UHGV virus genome: UHGV-0068509
Source of the DNA: a virus
Strand: one strand, 5' to 3'
Length of the DNA: 31,722 bases
Shown here: positions 1 to 11,020 of the stretch, in pieces
Layout: each line of letters begins with the position of its first letter
Numbering within the stretch: position 1 is the stretch's first letter
The notes under the pieces: generated by a model
Database searches by the model: none
Seen by the model: only the letters and a program-made list of their open reading frames with translations
Told to the model about the DNA's origin: nothing
Program-made: the position numbers and the translations under genes

Positions 1-28
1 AAACATCAATTATATTTATATGAGTATG

Positions 29-65
29 GCAATGTGTTTATTGAATAAAAAAATAAACACATTGC
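29..65. repeat. Perfect 14-bp inverted repeat with 9-nt AT-rich spacer just 3' of the tailspike stop; possible terminator or recombination-associated hairpin
   Basis: gcaatgtgtttatt (29-42) is the exact reverse complement of aataaacacattgc (52-65); AT-rich flanks. Confidence 0.4.
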
Positions 66-88
66 ATATTTATCTAATTTTATTTTAA

Positions 89-2473
89 TTAATGTACAAG
101 TACAGTGATGGTTACTTCCTTTGATTCATTTACTGATACTACCCTCCCTACGGCTTTACGATAATCTATAAATGATGGTTCTGATATGTACACCCCGCTT
201 ATGCCACCATTAGAATCTCTCTGTGGTATAAGATACTCGCCTGGATTTCCGCCGATGACATTAACAGGAACGCGACCACAAAAGGCTAAGCGGTCAACTT
301 TCTTCCTCTCCTCTTCTGAGGATGCTATCCATTGTTTGTATTCAGCACTCTCCATGTCTGGCTCATTATTTCTGGCCCACTCCTGCTCTGAATTCCACGA
401 TACAAGTTCGGCTTCATAGCTTCGGAAGTATTCAGCATAAACTGACTCTGCCTCTTCCTGTGACATCCCTGACCGAATCATAGCCGAGACCATAGAATAT
501 TCAGGTTTCACGGGTTTTTGTTTTCTGAGTTTCTTTTCCCATTCTGCCCATTCTTGCGATGGGTATTCTGGGCGCTCGCTTTGTAGCCATGTGTCACCGC
601 CAACAAGACATGGGTTGGTACTTTTTACCATGAAGCTAACTGCACTGTCATATCTGTCAGTGATATTCCCGTCCGCGTCAATTCCGCATATATCGCCTGG
701 CTTAATGTCTCCACAGCCTTCTGATTTGTAGAAATATTCAGCGTAATCAGCTCCGGAAGAATTAACTGTGCCAGCGCAGTTTATGCTCCTGTCCGTTGCT
801 GATGACTTTCCTACGAACATAACAGCGTCTGATGCGTTCGCACCTCCTGAGGCTTGTTGCCGTATGACGACCCCAGCTGCTCCATTGGGACCAAACTGTG
901 CGGCGATTTCGTTCACCCCCTTTCGGTTTGTTTGTGTGATGCTACCGGCAGGGTCAATGATAAGTACGTTGGTTTCCTCTCCAACACCATCAACCTGTGA
1001 CGCCAGCACAAATGCCGCAGCGTTGGGGGTTAGAATTTTGATACCGGACTGATCGTGGTCTGAGAAGAACCCATATGATGTAGCACCCCATGAGCGATAT
1101 GAATATGTTGAACCAGGCCAAACATCATGTGCTTTGCCAAACTTACCTACAGCCTGGTATGCGCTATCAACTATCTCATCAGGATTAAATGCATTGTTGT
1201 TGATAGCTTTATAAACCTGACTATCAGAACCTGTTCCGTCTTTATATAGGTTAAGCATCACCTCCATACCAACTGCAGACGTTGCAGCTGCATCTTCAGG
1301 AACTGTTACAACAGTATTATTCCCCCATACACGATATACAGGAGAGATATAAAGTGTTCCTGATGGAGTGCTCTGAGTTCCTGACGTTTTTTCATACCAT
1401 CCATCAACGGTGATGCTTGACGAATTAAACCCCCTAATAAGACCAAACCATGTTTTCGAAGATCCTATAACCACCGCGGTCATATTTATCCTGACCTTAG
1501 CCGGATCAATGGTAATACTAGATGCTCCTGTTGTGCTAAAAATAGCTCCAGTTAGCGTGTACAATGGCGGTAATGCAGTATTTTCAAAATATGTAGCAGC
1601 AGTATCTGTACTGCCGTATTGGGCCAGCGATTGACCGGTTCCGGCGCCTAGAATGCCGGTAAAATGCTCAGCATCACGAGTCGCAGCCACAGCCGTTAAA
1701 ACACATGCATCTTCAAAAACACCAAATGGTTGTTTTTGATGCTTTATTCCTCCATATCGGAACTCATAACCATCAGAAAAACTTCTATCAGATCTGTTAT
1801 ATGAACCAGGTATTAGCCCTGGAATTAGGAAATCAGCATTTTTCTCAATGATGTAATGCCCCTCTGATATCAGCCTCGTCATATCAGCAGAAGATGCTGC
1901 TTCAATGCCTTCTTTTACTGGCAGCCAAAATCCTGATGGCTCTTCATCGCTGGTTATGGTGTGCGGTATGGTTGCCGTATATCTATAAACGGTTGCGCTA
2001 CCAAGATGCAATACAACATCGCATGGGTTATTTATTGTTACTCCTGGTTTGAAATATCCAATTAAATTATATCCAGGAAGTTTACTGTATTTATCCCAAA
2101 GATTTAATAAGTTTATATCAAGGTAAGGAAACTTTGATGATGGATCATACTTCAGCACATTCGGAAAATAGAACTGCTGAGAACCATACGCATCATAAAC
2201 AGCCATAGAATGGCCTTGCACGGTAACGAATTTGGCAATCTGTCCGTTATATACCGGATATCCAGCAGCGTTAATGATGATTGGTTGCGAAACAGGAACG
2301 TGAGATCCGTCTTCGTTCTCCACATAAACCTGAATCTGGTTTTCAGGATTTACCGGGTCAGTGTCAATTTTACCGATATAAATTTTGCCATTGGCTACGG
2401 CTTTAAAAGAACGCGCCATAGTGAAGAGTTGCGAAGGCATGCTTACCACAACATTGGCTGTAATGTCTGTCAT
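89..2473 (-). CDS. Tailspike protein: P22 gp9-type N-terminal head-binding domain, divergent central receptor-binding region, acidic Trp-rich C-terminal extension
   Basis: 794-aa ORF; N-terminus [11 protein letters not shown]...[21 protein letters not shown]...[13 protein letters not shown] matches the conserved P22-like tailspike particle-binding domain as I recall it; last gene of the virion operon. Confidence 0.85.
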   Translation of the reverse strand: MTDITANVVVSMPSQLFTMARSFKAVANGKIYIGKIDTDPVNPENQIQVYVENEDGSHVPVSQPIIINAAGYPVYNGQIAKFVTVQGHSMAVYDAYGSQQFYFPNVLKYDPSSKFPYLDINLLNLWDKYSKLPGYNLIGYFKPGVTINNPCDVVLHLGSATVYRYTATIPHTITSDEEPSGFWLPVKEGIEAASSADMTRLISEGHYIIEKNADFLIPGLIPGSYNRSDRSFSDGYEFRYGGIKHQKQPFGVFEDACVLTAVAATRDAEHFTGILGAGTGQSLAQYGSTDTAATYFENTALPPLYTLTGAIFSTTGASSITIDPAKVRINMTAVVIGSSKTWFGLIRGFNSSSITVDGWYEKTSGTQSTPSGTLYISPVYRVWGNNTVVTVPEDAAATSAVGMEVMLNLYKDGTGSDSQVYKAINNNAFNPDEIVDSAYQAVGKFGKAHDVWPGSTYSYRSWGATSYGFFSDHDQSGIKILTPNAAAFVLASQVDGVGEETNVLIIDPAGSITQTNRKGVNEIAAQFGPNGAAGVVIRQQASGGANASDAVMFVGKSSATDRSINCAGTVNSSGADYAEYFYKSEGCGDIKPGDICGIDADGNITDRYDSAVSFMVKSTNPCLVGGDTWLQSERPEYPSQEWAEWEKKLRKQKPVKPEYSMVSAMIRSGMSQEEAESVYAEYFRSYEAELVSWNSEQEWARNNEPDMESAEYKQWIASSEEERKKVDRLAFCGRVPVNVIGGNPGEYLIPQRDSNGGISGVYISEPSFIDYRKAVGRVVSVNESKEVTITVLVH

Positions 2474-2530
2474 TTAATTTGCTCCAGATACAAGGAATCG
2501 CCGCAGCGTGGCTACGGTGAATTTTGGGCA

Positions 2531-2555
2531 TAAAAAAACCCAGCCGAAGCTGGGT
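2531..2555 (-). terminator. Rho-independent terminator between the gp16-like gene and the tailspike gene
   Basis: Minus-strand hairpin ACCCAGC-TTCG-GCTGGGT followed by a run of 7 T. Confidence 0.6.
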
Positions 2556-2604
2556 CGTTGCGTTGGTTATCTGTCAGTAGTTATGTACTTAATTAATTAT
2601 TTAT

Positions 2605-4356
2605 CTATTGTTCTGCTGTAATTTGGCTTGAAAGTATAGGGCGTATCGCATTTGCAGCATTATTTAGCGCTCTTTCATAGGCTGGTGTTCCTGCTTTGGT
2701 GTTTGCCAAACGTAAGAGAGCATTCCTGGCCATAGGGCTTTCATAAACCCTCGACATAAGGCCAATCCCTGTTTCCCCAGCCAATAGCGCGCCTCCGGTT
2801 TTTAGGTTACCAATAACCCTTACCAAAGGCGCGAGTGTCATGCCAGTCTTCGTCACAACATTAGCCTCAGATGCTCTTTTGGTAGCATCGAGAATAGATA
2901 ACATCCCCTCTATCTCTTTTCCGTTCTTCCCACCAAATACAGTTTTAAACACCTGACCATTTGCTTGTTTTTGCAGCTTGCCAAGCTCGGTCATCATTTT
3001 CTGAGGGCTGTCACCTACCTTGTCAGCTATTTTGCTGATATATGCCGCCCTTAGCATGTCTTTACCTTTTTGATCGAGTTTCCCGTACAATCGAGCTATA
3101 TCTGACCCATATTGTCCATACACAATGGTATTTACAGCCTCGGGAGTTAAATCTCCTTTGTTTAGAACGTTTTTAAGGCGCGTTTGAGTTACATGTGTTG
3201 CCATTTTTGCATAATCAGCTTTTCCCGCTCTCCATGCTGAAGCATCTTTTGGGCTAAGTCCTTTCGCTATAGATTTACTAAGGCTATTGGTTAGCGAGTT
3301 ATAGACCCTGTCGACCATTGTTTGCGACATTGGTGGCAGAACTGTACGATCGCCTTTTACGTCAATGCGGAACTGAGTTCTCAGCTTATCAAGTAACTCA
3401 AAGGCATCATCTCCATTTGTTATCTCCTGAATGGCATTCTTATAATCATTAAGCGCAGAAATGGTCTGGGTGTCAGAAACACCTTTAAGTTTCCCAAGTT
3501 CGTTTACTGCTCCGTCGATAGCTCTTATGGCGCCACTTGTATCAACTGGCTTTCCAACCATTCTTCCTGACAGGCTGTTTAGTTTTGACTTGGCTAACGA
3601 TTTTTCCCTTGCAACGCCTGACTTTAGACTATCAACGACTACAGATGGATCGTAGTCGCCGTATTTTTCGGTGAAGCGATTAACAAGCTTGGTTCTGGCA
3701 TCCTGCTGTGCGGCTCTCATTGGTCCAGTACCAGCTATGACTCCTTCTGAGTAACCCTGCAGTTGATTGCCAAGTTTTGTTTTTGGAGGAACTACATCCG
3801 ATGTCATAACTGGTACATCTGCCGCAGCGGCACGCTTGAGCAATTGCTGATCTGCTGGTGATATTTCGCCACGAACAGCAGTAATTCCACGCCCTATTCC
3901 CTTTGCTGCTGCGGAAAGAACCCCCTGAGCGGCAAGGTTAACTCCGGCGTTTCTTGCTGCATTTTGTGCGAAATCGCCTTTCTGATTTGCGGCCTCTGCC
4001 AGTGATCCAATAGCCATACTTCCTGCCGTTCCAACTCCTGGAACTAAATACCCGCCAATTGTTTCTCCAGCTTGAGCGTAGGAGTCTGTCGGTCTGTCTA
4101 CTGGACGATAGACATCATCCAATACTTTTGGCCCGCCTAACCCCTGACTAATAGCGTTAATCAGGCTTGCACCGCCCTGCAGCACATCGAACGGAATGTT
4201 TACCAGGCCGCGACCGGCCTGCTCTGCGCTCTGCAACAGAGACTGCTCTTGCGGTTGAGCTGGCTGCTCATCAAACTGATCAAAGAAGTTACCCTCTGCC
4301 GCTGGAGTTTCCGGTTGAGGGATGGCTTCATCAAATTGGTCGAAGAAATTCGCCAT
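2605..4356 (-). CDS. Ejection (internal virion) protein, P22 gp16-like
   Basis: 583-aa ORF in the gp7-gp20-gp16 position directly upstream of the tailspike; N-terminal duplicated NFFDQFDE motif; Gly/Ala-rich. Confidence 0.75.
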   Translation of the reverse strand: MANFFDQFDEAIPQPETPAAEGNFFDQFDEQPAQPQEQSLLQSAEQAGRGLVNIPFDVLQGGASLINAISQGLGGPKVLDDVYRPVDRPTDSYAQAGETIGGYLVPGVGTAGSMAIGSLAEAANQKGDFAQNAARNAGVNLAAQGVLSAAAKGIGRGITAVRGEISPADQQLLKRAAAADVPVMTSDVVPPKTKLGNQLQGYSEGVIAGTGPMRAAQQDARTKLVNRFTEKYGDYDPSVVVDSLKSGVAREKSLAKSKLNSLSGRMVGKPVDTSGAIRAIDGAVNELGKLKGVSDTQTISALNDYKNAIQEITNGDDAFELLDKLRTQFRIDVKGDRTVLPPMSQTMVDRVYNSLTNSLSKSIAKGLSPKDASAWRAGKADYAKMATHVTQTRLKNVLNKGDLTPEAVNTIVYGQYGSDIARLYGKLDQKGKDMLRAAYISKIADKVGDSPQKMMTELGKLQKQANGQVFKTVFGGKNGKEIEGMLSILDATKRASEANVVTKTGMTLAPLVRVIGNLKTGGALLAGETGIGLMSRVYESPMARNALLRLANTKAGTPAYERALNNAANAIRPILSSQITAEQ

Positions 4357-4366
4357 TACTCCCTCC

Positions 4367-5779
4367 TTATGGGAGATAGCCGTATTTAGCTTTGAACTGA
4401 GACGCTAATGCCGGGTTTGCTTTCAGTGCCTGGATAGCTGCTTCCGGTGCTTGCCCTGTTGTGCCTGCCTTCTGCTGATCCTTCTGTGATTTCCTTTCTG
4501 ACACATATGTATCGTATCCCTGCGAGCTGTAGCCCATAGATTCAGCTTCGCGGCCCGCCACCTTTTGCAGTACAGAATATTGGCTGCGAATTTCTCCAAG
4601 CTGCTTTTTCACCACGTCAGCTGGTTGTGTAACATCGAGGCGGGCGATCAGGTTTTCGAGCTTGCTTCCTTCTGCGTTCGAAAGTGCTCCCAAGCCTCTG
4701 AGCATCTGAACGTTCTGAACGAAAGCGCCAGATTTCAGTTCCTCAATAGCGTTTCTGTTTTCCAGCCCTTCAGCAGAGGTCATGGCGTCAGGGTAGCGAC
4801 CTTCAACCCGACCGACGCCTGCCAGGTCTCCCTTGTTCATCAGAGAGTCAATCTTCTCGATCCCCCTCTCGCCAGTGATTAGAGATTCGTTATATCCGTT
4901 ATTACCCTCAAGCCACTTTCTGGCCTGCCCCATTCGCGCGCCGGTTGCTGGCTTGCCGGTTAAAGGGTCAACTCCCGTAGAGGCGATTTGAGAGTTTAAC
5001 GCCAGGGTGTCCATGTCCTGAACGTCGCCATATTTTTTAAGCGCCGCCTGTGACTGCCTGTATACGTATTTATCGTGATTCAGACGAGCCATCTGAGCGC
5101 CATATGAGAGCTGCTGCCCCTGTCGCGTGGTGGCGTTCTGCATGTCAGCCTGACGGATGCTTTCATCCAATCGCCCTTTCTCAAGTTGGCGACCAACCAT
5201 CTTGTCCTGAACATTGAAGTAGTCAATCGGACCGAGAGCAGCCATCCCAAGGTGATCAACAAACTCACCAAATCCTGAAGGATTCTGCTGATACATCTGA
5301 GCAACGCTGTTAGGGTCAACACCTACGCGAGTCAGTTCCTTGGCGTTGTTTTGCAGCCATGATTGCATTGCTTCTGGAGACGAGGCAGCAAGGCGTGCGC
5401 CAGCCGCTAAGGTGCCGATAGAATTGCGCTGGTCTTCATCAATGAATCCCATGCCTTTACGAACGGATTCAATCTGGTCTGGATATTGAGTAGCTAACTG
5501 ACGCAAAGCACCGCGATCACCAGACGCATAAGCATTAGCGTATGCCTGCTGAAATTCTTTCTGCCGCTGAGCCTGCTTTTCCTGCTGAAACACCCCCGCA
5601 ATACCTGAAAGGCCTTGCAAAGCAGTCAGCCCAACATTGTTAGCGCCTGAACGCTCAATATCATTGTTCTGCCTGATAAGCTGAAGCGTATTGCCGATGT
5701 CATTTACGTTCGGAGCGTTTGAGTTGACGCCGCCGATACCAGCTAACAATCCGCCATTTGATCCTTGCCAAGTAGCCAT
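4367..5779 (-). CDS. Ejection protein, P22 gp20-like
   Basis: 470-aa ORF, N-terminus MATWQGSNGGLLAGIGG, Gln/Ala-rich; synteny between gp7-like and gp16-like. Confidence 0.8.
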   Translation of the reverse strand: MATWQGSNGGLLAGIGGVNSNAPNVNDIGNTLQLIRQNNDIERSGANNVGLTALQGLSGIAGVFQQEKQAQRQKEFQQAYANAYASGDRGALRQLATQYPDQIESVRKGMGFIDEDQRNSIGTLAAGARLAASSPEAMQSWLQNNAKELTRVGVDPNSVAQMYQQNPSGFGEFVDHLGMAALGPIDYFNVQDKMVGRQLEKGRLDESIRQADMQNATTRQGQQLSYGAQMARLNHDKYVYRQSQAALKKYGDVQDMDTLALNSQIASTGVDPLTGKPATGARMGQARKWLEGNNGYNESLITGERGIEKIDSLMNKGDLAGVGRVEGRYPDAMTSAEGLENRNAIEELKSGAFVQNVQMLRGLGALSNAEGSKLENLIARLDVTQPADVVKKQLGEIRSQYSVLQKVAGREAESMGYSSQGYDTYVSERKSQKDQQKAGTTGQAPEAAIQALKANPALASQFKAKYGYLP

Positions 5780-5788
5780 GATTACCCC

Positions 5789-6484
5789 TTAAAACAACGA
5801 GCCAAGCAGGCCAAGTCCGCCGCCAATTGCCGCACCTAATCCAGTGCCAAGTCCGGGAACAATAGAGCCAAGAGCAGCGCCAGTCATAGCCCCTGAAGCT
5901 CCGCCGCTAATTGCTGTCTGAAGACCTGATGGTTTATTGGCATTAGCAGCGGCAAGAGCCGCACTTTGCTGCGAAATCTGACTCATGTTGTTGGCATATG
6001 TCTGCCCGGCGTTTGCCTGACCTTGCAGTGCGCCAAGACCAATATTTGCCAGATTCTGGTAGTTGTTCATCTGACCAGACAGCCACTGCTGACCAAGCGT
6101 TGGTGCGATTGTTGCTAACTGATTACCGGTTGCAGTGGAACCCAATCCACCTGTTGCTTCCGCTGCAGCCAGACTCTGATAGCGAGCCTGACCAGCAAGA
6201 TCTTTGTACTGCTGAGAGTTGTTATACTGGTTAAGTGCCTTCCCCTGACCTTCTAAACTGGAAAGATTCTGAAGCTGGTTAACATACTGCTCCGCAAGCG
6301 GCGTGAACGGAGCAAGGTTTTTCATGATCGTCTGCCACTGCTGATTTTGCAGGTCTGCGGCATACTTCTGGGCTTCTGCTGCATACTTTGCGCTTTTATC
6401 AGAGCTACCACCTTTCCCGCCTTTTTCATGGCACCAAGGTTCCTCGCCGCGCAGTTTTCTGCCCAGCTTAAATGCATATAACAT
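5789..6484 (-). CDS. Ejection protein, P22 gp7-like
   Basis: 231-aa ORF, N-terminus MLYAFKLGRKLRGEEP, Gly-rich hydrophobic C-terminus; synteny. Confidence 0.8.
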   Translation of the reverse strand: MLYAFKLGRKLRGEEPWCHEKGGKGGSSDKSAKYAAEAQKYAADLQNQQWQTIMKNLAPFTPLAEQYVNQLQNLSSLEGQGKALNQYNNSQQYKDLAGQARYQSLAAAEATGGLGSTATGNQLATIAPTLGQQWLSGQMNNYQNLANIGLGALQGQANAGQTYANNMSQISQQSAALAAANANKPSGLQTAISGGASGAMTGAALGSIVPGLGTGLGAAIGGGLGLLGSLF

Positions 6485-6486
6485 GG

Positions 6487-6942
6487 CTATCTCCCGTGAT
6501 TCAGGAAGTCGATTAGTTCTTCGCGTGTAGCACTGTAAAATGTCACGTCATCCACGCCTTTGAAGTATTTCTTGATGGTTCCTACACGCTTAAGGCCAAT
6601 CATTGCGCAGTACATCTGCCCGTGGCGGAATTTGCGTGCAGCGAACGATGTGACGCACTGAACGGTGGTGTTAGTCAGAATGTACCGCCAGAACTCCATC
6701 CCGATTTCCTTGCTGAAGCCGCGAATCTCTGGCAGGTACATGGCGTGGCAATCGAATGTAAGCGGCTGAATCTCCTGATAGTAAACAATGCCGCCAAACT
6801 GACCGTGCACGTTAACCTCAAAGTAACGGCATTCAGGCTTGTAGTCGTATCCATCACCGTTGTTGCTCCCGGCGATAATGTCAGGGTGATTTCCTACTGC
6901 TTCTATCAGGTCGATGTTTCGCGTTGGTTTGAATGTAATCAT
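6487..6942 (-). CDS. Head completion / DNA stabilization protein, P22 gp14-like
   Basis: 151-aa ORF immediately after the tail-needle gene; position-based assignment. Confidence 0.65.
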   Translation of the reverse strand: MITFKPTRNIDLIEAVGNHPDIIAGSNNGDGYDYKPECRYFEVNVHGQFGGIVYYQEIQPLTFDCHAMYLPEIRGFSKEIGMEFWRYILTNTTVQCVTSFAARKFRHGQMYCAMIGLKRVGTIKKYFKGVDDVTFYSATREELIDFLNHGR

Positions 6943-7643
6943 CAGTCAATCAGCCCATGTAATCTAAGTGCTGTTTCAAGCGCCAGAATACGCTGCCGCG
7001 CCTGCTGCAAACCTGTAGCGAGAGCTGCGACTTCGGATTGTGTGTACGTAGTGCCGACCGTGTATGCCTGGTTAGCGTTGAATGCGCCGAGGAGTGCCGT
7101 TCCGGTTGCCGCTGTCCATCCTGTCTGACGAGCACCGATAACCTTGGTTCCGCCGACTGAATAGGATGTTGCTACGTTGAGGGGGGATGCCAGCGATTGT
7201 GTTGCTGTTGCTGTTTTCGATACGTAATCGTCCTGCAATGCAGAAATATTTCCTTCAGCCTCCGTCACTCTACCATCGAGAGCACTGACATCAGCCTGCA
7301 AGGTGACTATTTCACCTTCAGCCGTGGTTAGTCTGACATCCAGCGACGCGATTGCATTGGTATTTGCAGTAATACGGATTTCATGGTCGTCTACGTCGAT
7401 GCGGAGCTGACGAATTCTTTCTTCGTGATCGACCAGAATCACATCCTGCTCATCGTTCCTGACTTGTGCATCATAAGCACCCTGTCCGGCCTCGTTGGCC
7501 TTGTTAGCTACGTTACCAACATCAGTGCCCTGTGCAATAACGTAAAGCAGATACGACTGCGAGAAGATATTGCGTGGAAGTATTGATGTATCGAGCCGCG
7601 TCGCCTGCACAATAACAGGGGTGTTGAGATTCGAATCAGCCAT
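6942..7643 (-). CDS. Tail needle (cell-puncturing) protein, P22 gp26-like
   Basis: True start is the internal [18 protein letters not shown]; its ATG overlaps the upstream stop (TAATG); coiled-coil heptads ([34 protein letters not shown]) and C-terminal ...ALRLHGLID as in P22 gp26. Confidence 0.85.
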   Translation of the reverse strand: MADSNLNTPVIVQATRLDTSILPRNIFSQSYLLYVIAQGTDVGNVANKANEAGQGAYDAQVRNDEQDVILVDHEERIRQLRIDVDDHEIRITANTNAIASLDVRLTTAEGEIVTLQADVSALDGRVTEAEGNISALQDDYVSKTATATQSLASPLNVATSYSVGGTKVIGARQTGWTAATGTALLGAFNANQAYTVGTTYTQSEVAALATGLQQARQRILALETALRLHGLID

Positions 7644-9061
7644 TACTCGATCCTTATCTGGCAGCCTGACAGAGTGACAGGTGACTTCGTGATAACGCGC
7701 AATTTGAAGCCGACATTTTTCCTGATGCGCCCTACTTTCTTCCACAAAACACGTTTGTCATAAACGAACGGTTCATTCTGCTCAATCATCTGCTCACGCC
7801 CGTAATTGATGCCGTCAGTGGTCGCAGAGAGGAACAGGCGGTCAGCATACTGCGCAACGCCAGTTGAAGATTCAACTTCAAGGTCGAAAACTCTGGCGTT
7901 ATCTGCTTTGAACAACGGAGTAAACAGCAGGTGTTCCTGTTGAAGACCATACTGACTGCTGATATCGAACTGCAATTTCCCGGTCACGGACTCCAGCTTA
8001 TCGCCGCACGTTATCTGATTGCCTTCGTAAATGAAGTCGATAGCGCGGTACACATCGTCATACAGGCCTGTTTTCAGCACACACCATTGCGGACCATTGG
8101 CGCTTGAAGATGCGTCGTACACGAGGACGTGGCGCGGAAGATGGATAATCAGCAACTCATGCGCATCAAATCTCAGAGACTCCATCACGCCATCAGCCAG
8201 TTCATCAGCAGTGTAGGAGCGGAGAATTTTCTCAATGCTCGCGCTGGCGATTGGTGACACCTGACCGGAGCCAATGATGTATACAGACGGCGCACCAGTT
8301 GCCGGATTGCTGATGAACGCATACGAATCAGCAAACGGCGTTTTGCAGTAAGTCCCGGCAATACCTTTCTGCACCATCAATGATGGCTGTGCGACATACA
8401 AAGCGGCACCAACGGTGGTTGACCCCGTCAGGGAGAAATATTCAATCGTCGACGAACCAAAGCAGACTATGAAGTCTCGCCATGTGCCGATACCGATGAT
8501 GCCGTCCGGCTGCGATTCTGCGCGATATTGTGCGCTGTAACGGTCAGGATGCGATTCGTCTTCAAGGTCAGTGATAAACCATGAATCAGTGCCGTCTTTT
8601 GACCACGCATAACGCCCACGTAAGCGCGTAATGTCGCGAACTGAACCTAACTCATACTGAGTGAATCCACTGTCTGTAGGCCAGTTTGAGACGGTTTTAA
8701 CCGTGCCATCATAGCGATACTCGACCAGTTGACCATTAACGCCTACCGCCTGTGATGTCCGACCATGCGCCATTGATACACGACCACTTCCGGCAACGTC
8801 ACCGACTTCACTTTCTCCTTTGTACAGCTTGCCACCACACACACGATAAACAGCACTCTGCGCCATGTTGTACTCGACGCCTCGCGATACTCCGTTCACA
8901 TCAGAACGTTTGGCAATGCCCGGGAATGAGCGAAGATATCCGCTGCTGTTGAGTATTTCTTTGGGTGTAGCCAACATATTCACTGGCAGATAGTCGATAT
9001 AGTCGGCGTTTCGAAAGTCTTTGCCGACACCTTTCATAAGCGGAAGTTGCTGAATCGGCAT
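7643..9061 (-). CDS. Tail hub / head completion protein, P22 gp10-like
   Basis: 472-aa ORF between gp4-like and gp26-like; size and synteny. Confidence 0.8.
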   Translation of the reverse strand: MPIQQLPLMKGVGKDFRNADYIDYLPVNMLATPKEILNSSGYLRSFPGIAKRSDVNGVSRGVEYNMAQSAVYRVCGGKLYKGESEVGDVAGSGRVSMAHGRTSQAVGVNGQLVEYRYDGTVKTVSNWPTDSGFTQYELGSVRDITRLRGRYAWSKDGTDSWFITDLEDESHPDRYSAQYRAESQPDGIIGIGTWRDFIVCFGSSTIEYFSLTGSTTVGAALYVAQPSLMVQKGIAGTYCKTPFADSYAFISNPATGAPSVYIIGSGQVSPIASASIEKILRSYTADELADGVMESLRFDAHELLIIHLPRHVLVYDASSSANGPQWCVLKTGLYDDVYRAIDFIYEGNQITCGDKLESVTGKLQFDISSQYGLQQEHLLFTPLFKADNARVFDLEVESSTGVAQYADRLFLSATTDGINYGREQMIEQNEPFVYDKRVLWKKVGRIRKNVGFKLRVITKSPVTLSGCQIRIE

Positions 9062-9070
9062 TTATTCACC

Positions 9071-9532
9071 TCACGTACTCGGATCATCTTTCTCGATGTA
9101 AAACCGATTCCACGTAAACGCGCTTTTGTTACCACTACCGCGAGGCATGTCATTTCGCCGCTCAAGTGGTGGTATTTTGGTTAAAGCGATACAGATTGTC
9201 TGATATGCACTGTCAGCAGCGGTAAGGAGAGCGTCTGACGGCTGAATGACGTTATCCATGCACACTTGCACAGCGAGTTTCAAAGCGACGCCATCATTTG
9301 CCCATGCAGGGATACCTGAATCATCGTCCGGTAACGGCATGATGCCGTTTTCTGTATCAGCAAACTGATACCCAAGCTCGATACCTTTAGCCTGCCATGC
9401 TGCCATCATGTCTTCGAGGTCATTAATGGCATCTTCAATTGCCTGAGGGTCAGCATCTGTCAACGTGGCATTGGAATACAGCCCGGCTTTTCGTAAAGCC
9501 TTTAGAACGAGATCACCCTTCGTTTTCGCCAT
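9071..9532 (-). CDS. Tail accessory (portal-closure) protein, P22 gp4-like
   Basis: 153-aa ORF MAKTKGDLVLKALRKAG...; first gene after the coat region; synteny. Confidence 0.8.
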   Translation of the reverse strand: MAKTKGDLVLKALRKAGLYSNATLTDADPQAIEDAINDLEDMMAAWQAKGIELGYQFADTENGIMPLPDDDSGIPAWANDGVALKLAVQVCMDNVIQPSDALLTAADSAYQTICIALTKIPPLERRNDMPRGSGNKSAFTWNRFYIEKDDPST

Positions 9533-9701
9533 CTTCTTCCGCCTTAGCCACTTTATGCTTCGTTGCGGTTTCTTCAGGAGTTTTTACCCAGCCTTTTTTC
9601 AGGTGAGATTTAACTTCTTCGTCATCAACAATGATGTAATCGACAGCAAACTGACCACAGGTGATCATGTTGCCAGGCTTATAGAGCATTGTTCGTGCCA
9701 T
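9513..9701 (-). CDS. Small hypothetical protein between coat and gp4-like genes
   Basis: 62-aa ORF with RBS GGGAGAAG upstream of the ATG; acidic C-terminus; overlaps the gp4-like start by 20 nt. Confidence 0.4.
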   Translation of the reverse strand: MARTMLYKPGNMITCGQFAVDYIIVDDEEVKSHLKKGWVKTPEETATKHKVAKAEEDGENEG

Positions 9702-9710
9702 TGTCTTCTC

Positions 9711-9735
9711 CCAATAAAAATGGGGCCGAAGCCCC
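9711..9735 (-). terminator. Intrinsic terminator/attenuator directly after the coat gene
   Basis: Minus-strand hairpin GGGGC-TTCG-GCCCC followed by ATTTTTATT; lies between the coat stop and the next RBS. Confidence 0.6.
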
Positions 9736-9740
9736 TTAGA

Positions 9741-11000
9741 TTACTGGTTAGCCAGTACCAGGCCGGTAAACTCTGGAACCAATACACTTGCGCCAGCCAG
9801 CGTGGTGAATCGCGTCCACGTCTTACCTGCTTTGGCATCGAACTGGTAAGCCATGATGATGGTCGCCCCCTGCTCGGTAGTTGCCGTCATAACCTGCGGG
9901 CCCTGCCCGGTCGGGAATGCCAGCTTGCCGTACATCAGCTCTACAGATCCCTCAGCAAAGAAGATGTTGGAAGCCGCAGCCTTCTTGTTGAGAATGGTGA
10001 TCGCCGCGTTATTCGCCGGATTGGCGGTAACGTTCTGGTAAGGAATAGACGGCGCATCAGCGTTGTTTGGTGGCAGAATTTTCGGGCTGATGGTAACGGT
10101 GGTGCCATTTACCGCCAGGACGCGGAATACCTGCGACTGGCCTGTATCCACCTTCTTGATCATGTGGACACTATTAACGCCTGCGATAGTGAATGCATCA
10201 CCAACAGCCAGCACGCCAGCAGTAGACACGGTGATGTCGCCCTGACGGTTATCAGTAGGTGCGCCGTTGGAGTCCATTGCGGTAACTTTATGCGCTACTG
10301 CGCCACCAAGAGTTACGGCGGTGGCAGAACCTGCCTTCATCGCGCCAGCATAATCAACACGGAAGCTGTCGAAGGATGCCACAGGTGGGATCTGAGCTTT
10401 CTCATACGCCGTCAGCGTTGCGCCAACTGCATATGCGCGAGAGCCAAGCTCTTTAGCCAGGTCTTTGTAGTTGAACGGGTTGTAGAACGCTTTGCGCTGC
10501 CCACCCTGCGGCACACCAATAGAGAGCATCATTGCGTCAATGCCTGCAGATGCGTTCCAGAGGTCTTCGCCGAGAGTCTTGCCGGTTGATGCCGAACCAA
10601 TGGTGACCATGTTGGTAGCGCGGGCGGCCACCTCATCGACGATCAGGTTATCAACCCACGCTGCCAGCTGACGACCCGCCGCTTTACCAGCTTGCTCCTT
10701 ATGCCATGGATCGCGCATTTCTTTTGCGTCCAGCTCGTAGATAACGTTTTCTGGCTCGCGGAAACGCGCAGGTACCTGACGCTGAACGAGTGAGTTTGCA
10801 GTTGCTGCGGTCAGATCTAGGCCGCTAACGGTTTTCAGATGGTAACCTTGAGGGCGATAAACTACGTCGCCTGCGCGTTGCATTTCAGTGTCGCCCGGGC
10901 GGAACTTGCTGCACTCACGGGATACTACGTTTGATGCCTCGAATCCATCAATGACGTTTTCAAATAGGATTTCAAGGTCTTTAGTTAACTGATTAGGCAT
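9741..11000 (-). CDS. Major capsid (coat) protein, P22/Sf6-type
   Basis: 419-aa ORF directly after the scaffold gene; N-terminus MPNQL; size and synteny; followed by a terminator as expected for a highly expressed coat gene. Confidence 0.8.
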   Translation of the reverse strand: MPNQLTKDLEILFENVIDGFEASNVVSRECSKFRPGDTEMQRAGDVVYRPQGYHLKTVSGLDLTAATANSLVQRQVPARFREPENVIYELDAKEMRDPWHKEQAGKAAGRQLAAWVDNLIVDEVAARATNMVTIGSASTGKTLGEDLWNASAGIDAMMLSIGVPQGGQRKAFYNPFNYKDLAKELGSRAYAVGATLTAYEKAQIPPVASFDSFRVDYAGAMKAGSATAVTLGGAVAHKVTAMDSNGAPTDNRQGDITVSTAGVLAVGDAFTIAGVNSVHMIKKVDTGQSQVFRVLAVNGTTVTISPKILPPNNADAPSIPYQNVTANPANNAAITILNKKAAASNIFFAEGSVELMYGKLAFPTGQGPQVMTATTEQGATIIMAYQFDAKAGKTWTRFTTLAGASVLVPEFTGLVLANQ

Positions 11001-11020
11001 ACTTTTTTAGCTCCGATGGA

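Noticed and set aside
6622-7128. 168-aa plus-strand ORF
   Set aside because: Antisense to the gp14-like and gp26-like genes; shadow ORF.
9465-10589. 374-aa plus-strand ORF
   Set aside because: Lies entirely antisense to the coat and gp4-like genes; Cys/Arg-rich low-complexity translation typical of a shadow ORF in coding DNA; no RBS context.
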